DNA of 64,000 bases from Candidatus Aenigmatarchaeota archaeon (lineage in GTDB: Archaea > Aenigmatarchaeota > Aenigmatarchaeia > PWEA01). A model generated the notes under the pieces. It searched no databases. It saw only the letters and a program-made list of their open reading frames with translations, and had not been told where the DNA came from. Positions 35,390 to 44,545 of this stretch are shown one piece after another. Location of the stretch: positions 77,150 through 141,149 of the forward strand of contig JBKHHE010000001.1 of the NCBI GenBank assembly GCA_046539305.1. The letters run 5' to 3'. How positions within the stretch are numbered: the stretch's first letter is position 1; each line of letters starts with the position of its first letter. Both the position numbers and the translations under genes were made by a program.

Positions 35390-37477
35390 ATGACTGAAGA
35401 AGGGGACGAATCTGATGAGAAGAAAAGGGAGGAGCTCAGGAGACTGTTAGAGGAAGTGGAGGGGGAGGTAGACTTTTCTGCCGAAGAGGAGGAGAAAGCG
35501 ATAAGCCTGACGTCCAGGGAATACGAAACCTTCAGAGAGGAGGAAGAGAAACACCAGAAGAAAAGCCTCTACGAGAGGTTTTGTAACTACGCAGGAAAGA
35601 TCGCGGAGATAGAGCCGGGGGAAGAAAGAAAGGAAAAAATGCAGAAGGCCATAGACTTCGCGCACCTACAGATAACTCCGGAAGAGGCCTACAGTCTTGC
35701 CATTTTCTCAGGTATTGGCCTGATAATCGTAGCGTTTCTGCTCCTTATGCTTGGTATTTCGGGTATTGTTTTTACACTGTTCCTGGTTATTCTTTCCCTG
35801 GCAACAATCTACTTGCTTGTCCAACTGCCCGAATCACAGGCCAGGCTCTTCAGAGTCAAGGCCTCCAACGAGATAGTGATGGCCGTTATTTACATGGTAA
35901 TTTATATGCGCTTCACCCCGAACCTTGAGGGCGCAATACGCTTCGCTGCACAGCACCTGAAAGGCCCCCTATCACTGGACTTCAAAAAAATACTGTGGGA
36001 TATAGAAATGAGGAACTATCCCTCGGCCAAAGAGGCCCTCGTGGACTACCTCGACAAATGGGAGGACAACAAGGCCTTTGTCGAAGCCGTTCAGACGATA
36101 CAGAACTCCATGGAGCAGTCCACAGAAAGGAGGAAGTCCATGCTGGACGAGGCGGTGAACGCTATGATGTCAGGTTCTGAAGGAAAACTAAAAGAATACG
36201 CGAACTCCCTGAAACTTCCGATAATGATTATTCACATGATGGGTATAATGCTACCTATCATGGTGCTGGTGATGTTCCCGATAATACTGCTGATGCTCGA
36301 GGATACTGTGAACCCTCTTTTCCTCGTAATCGGTTACAACATTATTCTCCCTCTGATACTTTACTTCACGGGTAAAAGAACCCTGGAATACAGGCCGCTG
36401 GGCTTTTCCGCACCGGACCTCTCCATGCACCCGGATTATAAAGGCACAGGGAAAATCTCAATCCTTGGGCACGAGATAAAGATATGGCCAGTATCGTTAA
36501 TACTATCCCTATCCATTATAGCTACAGGAATCTGGCTCCTCATGACTTTCGGGGTCGACCCCCAGTCGAGGCTATACACATCCCTTGTAATCACCTGGGG
36601 CATAGCCCTGGGCCCCATTTCCTACTTTTTCCTGGACTCGAAACAAAAGCTCAAAATCAGGGAAAGAATAAACTCCCTGGAAGACGAATTTCATGAGGCG
36701 CTCTTCTCCCTGGGCAACCGCCTCTCACTGGGGAAACCCATAGAAAAGGCGATGGAAGATGCGGTCAAGAAAAACGAGGAACTGGAGATATCCAACCTCT
36801 TCCAGGGGGCGGTGCAAAACATGAAAGAAGGAGGGATGACCCTGAAAGGCTCTCTGTTCGACGAGAAGTTCGGTGCAATATGGAAATATCCGTCCAAGCT
36901 AATCAAGTCGGTTCTCCAGGTCGTGGTAAGAGCCACAGACAAAAGTGCGGAGATAGCATCCGTTACCACGATATCCATATCGAGGTACCTGAAACGGATG
37001 AAAGCCCTGGAAAAGGAAATGAAAGACTCGCTCTCCTCAGCCACGACCTCCATGCAGTTCCTTGGCTCCTTCCTCGGACCCCTTGTGGCTGGCGTTTCCG
37101 TCACAATGGCCGGGATAATGATAGAGATATTCATGAGCCTGGACACGGAGTTCCAGAAGCTCATGGTCGAGGGTGATATGCCCCAGGGAGTAGGTATGGC
37201 CGAGGGGTTAATGATGGGTGGGTGGGGATCCACCGGTGAGATGATCTCCATATACGTGATCCAGATAGTTGTGGGAATCTACGTGATCGAAACCGCCTAC
37301 CTCCTATCCATGCTCTCATCCGGGATAGAGAACGGACCCGGCGACAAGATCGCAAGAAGAAACACGGCTGCCCGGATCATTTTTATAGGGGTTTTGGTCT
37401 TTACTTTCTCTCTCCTGTTAACCTACACCATCTTCGGGACTATGCTACAAACCCTGATTGGTGGCGGCATGGCTTAA
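35390..37477 (+). CDS. FlaJ/TadC/PilC-like polytopic platform protein
   Basis: 695 aa. It has an acidic cytoplasmic N-terminus, then about 9 or more TM helices in two blocks separated by soluble domains. It lies immediately downstream of the ATPase. Confidence 0.7.
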   Translation: MTEEGDESDEKKREELRRLLEEVEGEVDFSAEEEEKAISLTSREYETFREEEEKHQKKSLYERFCNYAGKIAEIEPGEERKEKMQKAIDFAHLQITPEEAYSLAIFSGIGLIIVAFLLLMLGISGIVFTLFLVILSLATIYLLVQLPESQARLFRVKASNEIVMAVIYMVIYMRFTPNLEGAIRFAAQHLKGPLSLDFKKILWDIEMRNYPSAKEALVDYLDKWEDNKAFVEAVQTIQNSMEQSTERRKSMLDEAVNAMMSGSEGKLKEYANSLKLPIMIIHMMGIMLPIMVLVMFPIILLMLEDTVNPLFLVIGYNIILPLILYFTGKRTLEYRPLGFSAPDLSMHPDYKGTGKISILGHEIKIWPVSLILSLSIIATGIWLLMTFGVDPQSRLYTSLVITWGIALGPISYFFLDSKQKLKIRERINSLEDEFHEALFSLGNRLSLGKPIEKAMEDAVKKNEELEISNLFQGAVQNMKEGGMTLKGSLFDEKFGAIWKYPSKLIKSVLQVVVRATDKSAEIASVTTISISRYLKRMKALEKEMKDSLSSATTSMQFLGSFLGPLVAGVSVTMAGIMIEIFMSLDTEFQKLMVEGDMPQGVGMAEGLMMGGWGSTGEMISIYVIQIVVGIYVIETAYLLSMLSSGIENGPGDKIARRNTAARIIFIGVLVFTFSLLLTYTIFGTMLQTLIGGGMA

Positions 37478-37519
37478 AACCAGAAAGCTTAATAAAGAAG
37501 GAACAGCTAATACGTAAGT

Positions 37520-37660
37520 ATGAGGACCGTGATGATTTTCATTCTTATGTTTGTAATCTTCATAGTGATACTGTTCCTCTGGCTCCTCGACGTGGGACAG
37601 GTCCTCGACACCGTCAGAGGGACAATAGACGAGATATTCCTCTGGGAGGGGTGCTGCTAG
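37520..37660 (+). CDS. 46-aa single-TM mini-protein ending in Cys-Cys (below ORF-track cutoff)
   Basis: ATG 37520: MRTVMIFILMFVIFIVILFLWLLDVGQVLDTVRGTIDEIFLWEGCC*. It shares the G-x-[VL]-L-D tail motif with the three mini-pilins at 39.9-40.4 kb. Confidence 0.5.
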   Translation: MRTVMIFILMFVIFIVILFLWLLDVGQVLDTVRGTIDEIFLWEGCC

Positions 37661-37724
37661 TATGTTAATGTTATCGCCTCTCAATCTGTCTTCCGGGAAA
37701 GGGTTTCTGGGGGAGGTCGGACGA

Positions 37725-39269
37725 ATGCCATTGGACTTTCTTTTAAAGATGATAATCATATTAATCACAATGGCGGTCCTTGTGCCGGTTTTCACCGACC
37801 TTTCGAGCCTGGGCGGGCAGATGACCTGCAGAACTATATGCGAGATGAAACTGGATCCTGCCGCGTACAATATTATTGGAAAGGCAGCTAACGGTGTACT
37901 TGACGATTGGCATGAAGCCATGAACTGTCCCAACTGCGCCACGATGCTGAAGGACATGGACAATATCGAAAGTGGGGATGTTATATACGTGAGCATAAAT
38001 GCAGACGGGGAAGATATCTTCAATCAGGAACCAAGCCTCGAGACCTGGTGGTTTGACGAGACCGATGATGGCGAGGACGAGGAACCATGCCACATACGTG
38101 TCAACTGGGAAGATGCAGATGAGCCGGGGTTTGGGGATAAGATTTGGGATGGTATTAAACTTTTCTCGTCGCCATTGAGCTGGGAATACGAGAGATTAGC
38201 CTCGTTGCTTGAAGCGGCCGGCGTTGTCGACGACCCTCCGTATATTACCTCTACGATGGCCAGAGTAATGTCGGGGGAGGACGGAAGCATGGGTGAGTTC
38301 AAGGACACAGATGATTTAACGGGCGTTATAGACTTGATGGATCGCAGTGTAAATGAGACGCTTGAGACCATGGAAGTCCGCAGGAGCGCGGTGCTGAAGA
38401 AGCCATGTGAAGAATTTGAAGAGGAGGGAAAGTGTAAAGCTGGTGTCACCGAAACGATAGATGACGAGGAGGTCACCCTCAACTGCTTCTGGGTCGATAT
38501 AGACGGAGAAGAGTGCAGGCATCTGCCCGAGGGTGGTTTTGACGACATCCACGTCGACGAGGACACTTTCCGAGAACATGCAGAGAAGGTCACTGGGATG
38601 GATTACGAGGATATGGATGTCGAGGACTTCGAGGCGGAAAACATAGAAAATTTTGTGGAGGTTCAAAACAGTATTATTAAAGATGAGATCGAGGAAATAA
38701 CCGAGGATGAGCTGAGCTTCTTCGAAGAGATGACCAGAGACATTACGCAGCAGCAACGGGCGCTCGACACCCAAACCCTCCGGGCCGAAGAGGGTGAGTG
38801 CCTGGGAAGCTTCATGTTTAAAGAGGAGGATCCAGAGGACCGTTGTGAACGGAACGCCTGCCCTGATGATTTAGAAGATTGGCAGTGTGCTATCTATACG
38901 GAAAGGTTCAACATGAGTAAGTGGATAAACAATAAATGCGATGACGGGAAGGATAGTGGGGTCGATGAATATGATATCTGCGGTCTCGCACTTCCAAGCT
39001 CCGATACCAAAGACCTCGAGGAACAGGGACACCATGAGGAGTTACACCCTGAAGAAGCCTACCGGTGGATGCCACGAGGCGACCTGATCTGCGAGCCGGG
39101 CGAGGGGTGGCACATGTGCAACGCTAACGAATACGAGGAAGTTACTAAGGTTATTGAACTTGGAGAGGAAGATATAGATGTAAACCTGACCTGTTCCGGA
39201 CACGAGTGGCAGATGACCGAAGAGTTGCCAGAGGATGGCTCCGGACCTTCGGAGAACCATTCAGGATAG
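37725..39269 (+). CDS. large acidic Cys-containing extracellular protein with N-terminal signal anchor
   Basis: Start at ATG 37725 (MPLDFLLKMIIILITMAVLVPVF). It is extremely D/E-rich with many Cys. The 3' end overlaps the next ORF in another frame. Confidence 0.6.
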   Translation: MPLDFLLKMIIILITMAVLVPVFTDLSSLGGQMTCRTICEMKLDPAAYNIIGKAANGVLDDWHEAMNCPNCATMLKDMDNIESGDVIYVSINADGEDIFNQEPSLETWWFDETDDGEDEEPCHIRVNWEDADEPGFGDKIWDGIKLFSSPLSWEYERLASLLEAAGVVDDPPYITSTMARVMSGEDGSMGEFKDTDDLTGVIDLMDRSVNETLETMEVRRSAVLKKPCEEFEEEGKCKAGVTETIDDEEVTLNCFWVDIDGEECRHLPEGGFDDIHVDEDTFREHAEKVTGMDYEDMDVEDFEAENIENFVEVQNSIIKDEIEEITEDELSFFEEMTRDITQQQRALDTQTLRAEEGECLGSFMFKEEDPEDRCERNACPDDLEDWQCAIYTERFNMSKWINNKCDDGKDSGVDEYDICGLALPSSDTKDLEEQGHHEELHPEEAYRWMPRGDLICEPGEGWHMCNANEYEEVTKVIELGEEDIDVNLTCSGHEWQMTEELPEDGSGPSENHSG

Positions 39270-39841
39270 AGGCCCTGGATGAATTTGAATTCGGACTGGC
39301 GATGGAGAACAGGACCTTTGAGAAAGGTGAGACAGTCCATATAGACTATGAAACAGATGCCGACGGCCTGGAAATAACTGCAAAGAAAGAGCTTCCAGAT
39401 GGATCCGCAGAGGAAATAGACCTTCCCCACTCCTTCGAAGCAGAACAGATCGGGACCCATATAGTCGAGGCCGAGGCCGTGAAGAACGGTCACAAAGACG
39501 TATCCGACTCGGTCATGTTTTCTGTCATAGAAAGGAGTCCGGACCTTGACGGGGAAGGAGGAGAAGTTCCGGGGGAGGAAGAAGAACCAGGTATAGAGAT
39601 ACCGCTTGTAATACTGGCAGGGGTGATAGTCCTTCTCCTGTTCCTTTGGAGGAACAAAATCGGGTCGGAGGGTTTCTTCGAAGGGCCTGAGACAATAGGA
39701 TTAAGGGAAAGTAGGGTCGGACCGGAGCTCGAAACCTGGATAAAGGAGCAGTATAGAAGGGGCCACAGCCCTAAAAGAATCAAGGAAGAGCTGGAGAATG
39801 CAGGACGGGATCCCGAAGCAGTGGACGAGGTGCTTTCCTGA
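39206..39841 (+). CDS. Ig-like ectodomain + TM + cytoplasmic helix-hairpin tail; probably the C-terminal part of the upstream ORF (frameshift) or an independent gene from ATG 39302
   Basis: It has no signal of its own. The beta-rich segment (GTHIVEAEAVKNGHKDVSDSVMFSV) precedes the TM helix IPLVILAGVIVLLLFLW and the tail RGHSPKRIKEELENAGRDPEAVDEVLS. The ORF is open for 64 nt before the upstream stop. Confidence 0.5.
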   Translation: MADDRRVARGWLRTFGEPFRIEALDEFEFGLAMENRTFEKGETVHIDYETDADGLEITAKKELPDGSAEEIDLPHSFEAEQIGTHIVEAEAVKNGHKDVSDSVMFSVIERSPDLDGEGGEVPGEEEEPGIEIPLVILAGVIVLLLFLWRNKIGSEGFFEGPETIGLRESRVGPELETWIKEQYRRGHSPKRIKEELENAGRDPEAVDEVLS

Positions 39842-39919
39842 CCCCTCCTTAAAGGGTTACCCATCATATGGCCTCCTGTAATAATTAAGCTTAAAAGGCA
39901 GGGAACGTATATCTATCCT

Positions 39920-40117
39920 ATGGGAAAAACTTTCTCCCAAGACAGCGCATTCATTATGGAAGGACCAAAGGGTTCCCTCCCCCTGAAGTTCGTTGCTGTC
40001 ATAGTCATCATGCTCATAGCCCTCGTTGTGGTCATGATGATAATGGGTGGAGTTGAAGAAGGGGCCGATGAAGGCCTTGGAATATTGTCGGACACTATAG
40101 ACAGATTCACGCCGTGA
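39920..40117 (+). CDS. mini-pilin-like protein (class III signal)
   Basis: ...MEGPKG|SLPLKFVAVIVIMLIALVVVMMIMGG followed by the short acidic tail EEGADEGLGILSDTIDRFTP. An AT-rich box lies about 25 nt upstream of ATG 39920. An alternative start is at 39956. Confidence 0.6.
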   Translation: MGKTFSQDSAFIMEGPKGSLPLKFVAVIVIMLIALVVVMMIMGGVEEGADEGLGILSDTIDRFTP

Positions 40118-40121
40118 TAAA

Positions 40122-40259
40122 ATGAAAAAGGGTGTCGCAATAGGCGTCGTTTTTATAATCCTCATGTTTCTGATAGCTCTGGCAGTACTATTGACAGTCT
40201 TCATGACTGCGGAAGGCGGCCTCGAAGAGGCCGCAGGTGGTTTACTTGACCTCGTCTAA
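40122..40259 (+). CDS. 45-aa mini-pilin-like protein (below ORF-track cutoff)
   Basis: MKKG|VAIGVVFIILMFLIALAVLLTVFMTAEGGLEEAAGGLLDLV*. It has a K-G junction, a 23-aa hydrophobic helix and an acidic tail. Confidence 0.55.
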   Translation: MKKGVAIGVVFIILMFLIALAVLLTVFMTAEGGLEEAAGGLLDLV

Positions 40260-40425
40260 AGGAGTCACTTTTTTCGACCTGGAGACTACTGGAGGGAAGA
40301 TATTTGTAATCGTGGTGTTCCTCATAGCCCTGGCGTTTTTCCTCCTTTTCTTCCGGGAAAACATACAAACCATGATAGAGGAAACTACTGGAGAGCTGCT
40401 GGATGCGGACTGGTTTATGGGCTGA
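40246..40425 (+). CDS. mini-pilin-like protein
   Basis: TTG 40246 gives MTSSKG|VTFFDLETTGGKIFVIVVFLIALAFFLLFF...TGELLDADWFMG. The start is uncertain (GTG 40237 in the track). It overlaps the preceding gene. Confidence 0.45.
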   Translation: MTSSKGVTFFDLETTGGKIFVIVVFLIALAFFLLFFRENIQTMIEETTGELLDADWFMG

Positions 40426-40429
40426 TAAC

Positions 40430-40807
40430 ATGAAAACAAAAGGACAGAGTACCATGATGAAGTTCATAATAGGGATAATCCTAGCGGTCATCGTGGTCAT
40501 AGCTTTCGCACGGTTAATGTGGAGTTTTGATGTGGAGAAGGAGGCGCCAGGAAGCGCCCACGACGAATGTTTTGAGTTAACTTCCACGGAGACCAGCTGC
40601 AACGAGTTTTGTAATCAGAGGAACTCCAGCTGGACCTGCTCGACAGGCTGTGGGTTTGGCGCACAGGATGCTCAGGCAGTAGTTCATGGCAAGGGGGGCT
40701 GTGAAGGAGTGACGGCACTCCTCCTTTACGAGGACAACGCATGCACCCAAAGGTTAGAGGAAAAGAACATGAGGAAATCGGTCAAGTGCTGTTGTGAAAG
40801 TGAATGA
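40430..40807 (+). CDS. Cys-rich pilin-like protein (class III signal KGQ)
   Basis: MKTKGQ|STMMKFIIGIILAVIVVIAF. The ectodomain has 10 Cys and ends KCCCESE*. Confidence 0.65.
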   Translation: MKTKGQSTMMKFIIGIILAVIVVIAFARLMWSFDVEKEAPGSAHDECFELTSTETSCNEFCNQRNSSWTCSTGCGFGAQDAQAVVHGKGGCEGVTALLLYEDNACTQRLEEKNMRKSVKCCCESE

Positions 40808-40864
40808 TACTTTCACACCAACGCCCGGCGAGGCAGTCCTCTCTATAACGGCAATCATTTGACT

Positions 40865-41404
40865 ATGGAAACAGCAGAAGCTATCCCATCAACAAGACTG
40901 AAGTATATGGAGATTAGCGCTGATGAAGAAACAACCCTGATGGTAGAGTTTGACCGTAAAAATTTAAACCTCCCTGACGAATGTCTCTGTATGGACTCTC
41001 ATGGAGGAGCGATGCACTACGTGCTGCTTGCGGGAGTCGGAGGATTGATTCTGACGGCCGTCCTGCTCTCCGGTTACGGGTTAGTAGCTGGCAAGGCCGG
41101 TATGGGAATGGCACTGACCTCCGCCTCTCATATTGGCGGGGGGGCGGGAAGAGACATAAGCTTCATATTTTCTATCAACGAATCTGCAGAAATAGAAGGG
41201 GAGTTTCCGGACGAAGACTGCATCGTTCACCTGAAGGAGAGTCATACGACTGCTCGGAGTACTATACTGGATCAAACTGTGAACCAGACCTTTCTCTATC
41301 TTACAGAGGCCGAGAACCTTGACGAAGTGATAGAATGTGATGTGGACGAAACCAAGGAATACAAGATAACAAAGGAAGATGGGGTGGTAACCGTTGAAGC
41401 GTAA
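40865..41404 (+). CDS. single-TM protein of pilus locus
   Basis: An N-terminal region of about 50 aa is followed by the TM helix HYVLLAGVGGLILTAVLLSGYGLVAG and an acidic domain. The start is uncertain (the track uses TTG 40859). Confidence 0.45.
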   Translation: METAEAIPSTRLKYMEISADEETTLMVEFDRKNLNLPDECLCMDSHGGAMHYVLLAGVGGLILTAVLLSGYGLVAGKAGMGMALTSASHIGGGAGRDISFIFSINESAEIEGEFPDEDCIVHLKESHTTARSTILDQTVNQTFLYLTEAENLDEVIECDVDETKEYKITKEDGVVTVEA

Positions 41405-42209
41405 GGGGCAGGTCGAAAGCCCGTCGTGGTTGATAGGACCTCTGCTGATAATAGGTCTCTTCAGTATTTCCGTGGTTTTTATCGGCATCGCCTATAGCGA
41501 AACCGTCGCGAAAGTAGAAACCGGCGTCTCCGAGCTTGAAATCATGAATATGGAGAACAGGCTACTTTCATCGGAGAAATGTTTATCCACAGGAGAGCTG
41601 GGCGTCCTAGATAAAAACAGACTTGATGAGTTTAAAGAAAATAATTGCGACTGGGACCCTGCTAATCCCTGTGGACTGAGCGACTTTGAAGAGGGCGATA
41701 TAAGATGGGAATGTCCTGCGACTCCTTCCATCACCTACAGGGTTGAAGTCGAGGACCTTGAAACCGGAGAGGAGTGGATACTGGGCTCCGAACTTACGGA
41801 AAACTTGGAAGGAGAAAGGTTGAACGCTAGTTTTGAGTCCAAGAGGTCCGTGGCGATCAACACCAGCTCAGGGGTGAACCCAGGTAAGGCCACACTTTAC
41901 TTCCGAACGGCCCGGGAGGATCCCCTGCTCGCGGTGAGGAAACACGCTGCCAACGCTTGGGTCACGGGGAAAAGCAGAACGATAATTAAAAAGGAGGGGG
42001 ATAGCACATACATTGACTTCCCCGAGGAAGGGGTAATGAACCGTGGCCTGGGGGAGAACGTTTCTCATTGGAGACTACCCGCAAGGATCGGAGCAACAGG
42101 AGAAAAAATTAAATTCGTTCACACAGGCCCCGCCGTGGCCGGGGGAGAACGTTTATACGAGTTTAAAAGAGTGGAAGGTGAGATAGAAATAGATACGGAA
42201 GAGATCTAA
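41394..42209 (+). CDS. pilin-like protein (class III signal KGQ)
   Basis: The TTG start gives MKRKGQ|VESPSWLIGPLLIIGLFSISVVFIGIAY. 271 aa, with an acidic ectodomain. Confidence 0.6.
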   Translation: MKRKGQVESPSWLIGPLLIIGLFSISVVFIGIAYSETVAKVETGVSELEIMNMENRLLSSEKCLSTGELGVLDKNRLDEFKENNCDWDPANPCGLSDFEEGDIRWECPATPSITYRVEVEDLETGEEWILGSELTENLEGERLNASFESKRSVAINTSSGVNPGKATLYFRTAREDPLLAVRKHAANAWVTGKSRTIIKKEGDSTYIDFPEEGVMNRGLGENVSHWRLPARIGATGEKIKFVHTGPAVAGGERLYEFKRVEGEIEIDTEEI

Positions 42210-42220
42210 ACGTGATAAAA

Positions 42221-42712
42221 ATGAAAAAGGCCCAAGTTTTGATCATGGTGAACGTGGTATTTGCAGTAATCGCAGTGTTTTTCCTGATTATATTTTTAAG
42301 CGCCACAGGGTTCATGGAACAGCTGCCTGTTGTCGATTATCCCGAGCTAGAAATGCGGTTCGGGGAGCTGGTGGTGATTCCCAGAGAGGCTTCCGCCGAC
42401 ATCAACGCTTTTTTGAAGCTGTCCGAGAACGGAAACTCGATGAGAGAAGTGATAAGGGATTACCTGGTTTACGGGGAAGAGAAGGATTTGGATACACTTG
42501 AAGAAAATCTAAATAAACTTTTCACGATGAAAGAAGCTGTGCTGACAATCGGTGGTGAAAGTATAGAAAACGACGTAGAAGTGGATGTCTCCGAGGAAAG
42601 GGAAAAGGTCAGCGCGGAGGCGTCAAGAATCATCGCCTTGCCCGGAGGAAAGACAAAGAAAATAACTCTAAAAATAACACAGAGGCGGCCCGAATTTGGA
42701 GGTGGCGAATAA
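42221..42712 (+). CDS. pilin-like protein
   Basis: MKKAQ|VLIMVNVVFAVIAVFFLIIFL. 163 aa from ATG 42221. Confidence 0.55.
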   Translation: MKKAQVLIMVNVVFAVIAVFFLIIFLSATGFMEQLPVVDYPELEMRFGELVVIPREASADINAFLKLSENGNSMREVIRDYLVYGEEKDLDTLEENLNKLFTMKEAVLTIGGESIENDVEVDVSEEREKVSAEASRIIALPGGKTKKITLKITQRRPEFGGGE

Positions 42713-43864
42713 ATGATAGTTAAACAAAAGGAAGGAGCAGGAGCAGGTGCCGTTGTGGTGGTTGCCGCAGCGATTATAATTGTACTCAGTATTTTTATCT
42801 GGAACTTTATGACCGTGGCTATGGAGTTCGAGAGCCAGAGAGAGGTGACCCCCCTTACAGAGGCCAAGGGCCAGTTCGACAACCTCGACCACTTCACGAA
42901 CAGTTCCTTGTTCTTCTCGGAACACCGGGGAACCCTGAAAAACACTAACCAGGAGTTGGCAGGCACGGAGGAAATGACCTGGTGGGACAAAGGCGAGGAC
43001 AGGACTCCGGATGAGGACGAGTTCAGAGAGAACCTGACAGACGAAATATCTTTCTGGTGGGCCCGGGACTACTTCTCCGATTCAGATCAGAGGAATCTGA
43101 AAGAAGTGGACGTAAGGATAGATGATTACGAGCCTGTGGACGAAGGTTTTGTACTAAATTCGACCGCGGTCCCCGAAGCCATTGCCGAAGTGGAGGAGAG
43201 AAAAATAAAGGTCTACAACGAGAAGAACTACAGCCACGAGATCGACCTGAGACCTTTCCTTCTGAGGGAGGAGGGGGACGAGCTGACCGACAACATGGTC
43301 GACGAGGCCCTTGAACCTCTCTGGGAGGAGTTCGAGGGGGACGCAACAAAGGACGAGAGCACGGGGGAAAACACAGAGTGTGGAGATTGGCCCAGCTGGC
43401 CAAGTGCGAATCCTTCAACTGAGAGCAGTGTGAAAGGAAACTTAAACGACAAACTTGAAGATATATCCGGAGACATTCAAGGAGAATACGGCCCCGAGGA
43501 GCTTGGATGGTCCCTGAACATACAAGAGCTTGAGGAATTCAGTTCCAGCTCCGATGTAGTTAGTCAGGACGAAGACGACAGTGGTGATCCTTGTACCTGT
43601 AAAAACACAACCAGCGGCGATGAGATGTCCTGTGGAAACTGTGGAGAGATAGAAGAGTGTGAGGTAGAGGAAAGAATCCATACAAGGGAAAGGGACTTCG
43701 AGTACGACTACGAGGCGGCCCTGGAGATCGAGGCCGAGATAGAGGATGGAAACGAAGACTACGAGGTCTTGACCACCGACGGAGACGAGGTGCCTCTGGT
43801 GCTCCAGTTTTTGATAGATCCTGTGAGGTTCGACACCAAAGAAGGCAATCCCTACGAGGCCTGA
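42713..43864 (+). CDS. large acidic pilin-like/pilus-associated protein
   Basis: MIVKQKEGAGAGAVVVVAAAIIIVLSIFIW N-terminal helix. 383 aa, very D/E-rich, with a Cys cluster near the C-terminus. Its ATG abuts the previous stop. Confidence 0.55.
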   Translation: MIVKQKEGAGAGAVVVVAAAIIIVLSIFIWNFMTVAMEFESQREVTPLTEAKGQFDNLDHFTNSSLFFSEHRGTLKNTNQELAGTEEMTWWDKGEDRTPDEDEFRENLTDEISFWWARDYFSDSDQRNLKEVDVRIDDYEPVDEGFVLNSTAVPEAIAEVEERKIKVYNEKNYSHEIDLRPFLLREEGDELTDNMVDEALEPLWEEFEGDATKDESTGENTECGDWPSWPSANPSTESSVKGNLNDKLEDISGDIQGEYGPEELGWSLNIQELEEFSSSSDVVSQDEDDSGDPCTCKNTTSGDEMSCGNCGEIEECEVEERIHTRERDFEYDYEAALEIEAEIEDGNEDYEVLTTDGDEVPLVLQFLIDPVRFDTKEGNPYEA

Positions 43865-43915
43865 AATCCAATAATATTTAATAGCTCACAACAAAAAATA
43901 AACCGTGGTTCCGAG

Positions 43916-44449
43916 ATGAAGGAAAGGGGAGTAGCTTTATCGATTTCAACGCTGGTCGTTCTCGTTGCATTACTCGTAGTTATAGGTGGGGCAGCTGCTT
44001 TTCTGATCAGAGGTGAGGAATCGATGATAGATCCAGAATCCCAAATCTACAACCTGACGGAGTCGATCTCCCCGAGGTTCGCTGACATGATGTGGGGTGA
44101 AAAGGAGGAAGACCCAGACTGTGTAGAATGTCAAGACGACGATCATTGTCCTTCTAGGAATTACGAATGTAACGATGACAACTTATGCATAATTCCAGAA
44201 GATCAGCAGGTGGAGGCTGGACTTGGTTGTCAACCGGAGGGTGATTATGGATGTTACGGGGCTTGTGAACCATATTCTCGGGAAGGGACTTGTTATCATG
44301 GAAGTCAATGTAAAAATTTTGGAACTAGTGCTGACCCTGATTGCAGATGTGAGTGGGAGGAGGAAGATAATGATAGACCTTGTTGCCCTGCCGATGATGA
44401 AGTACCTGACTGTACGGGAGCTGGGTGGGACGGCTGCAAAACTATATAA
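43916..44449 (+). CDS. Cys-rich pilin-like protein (class III signal)
   Basis: MKERG|VALSISTLVVLVALLVVIGGAAAFLI. The ectodomain carries many Cys (CVECQDDDHCPSRNYECNDDNLC...). It has its own AT-rich box about 30 nt upstream. Confidence 0.65.
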   Translation: MKERGVALSISTLVVLVALLVVIGGAAAFLIRGEESMIDPESQIYNLTESISPRFADMMWGEKEEDPDCVECQDDDHCPSRNYECNDDNLCIIPEDQQVEAGLGCQPEGDYGCYGACEPYSREGTCYHGSQCKNFGTSADPDCRCEWEEEDNDRPCCPADDEVPDCTGAGWDGCKTI

Positions 44450-44545
44450 AATAAATAAAAATATCAATCCGTGAAATAAAAAAAGTATATTGCTATTAAC
44501 ACTCGTCCTCTAAACCTTAAAAACCAGGAAAAGTATATCCTTTGT

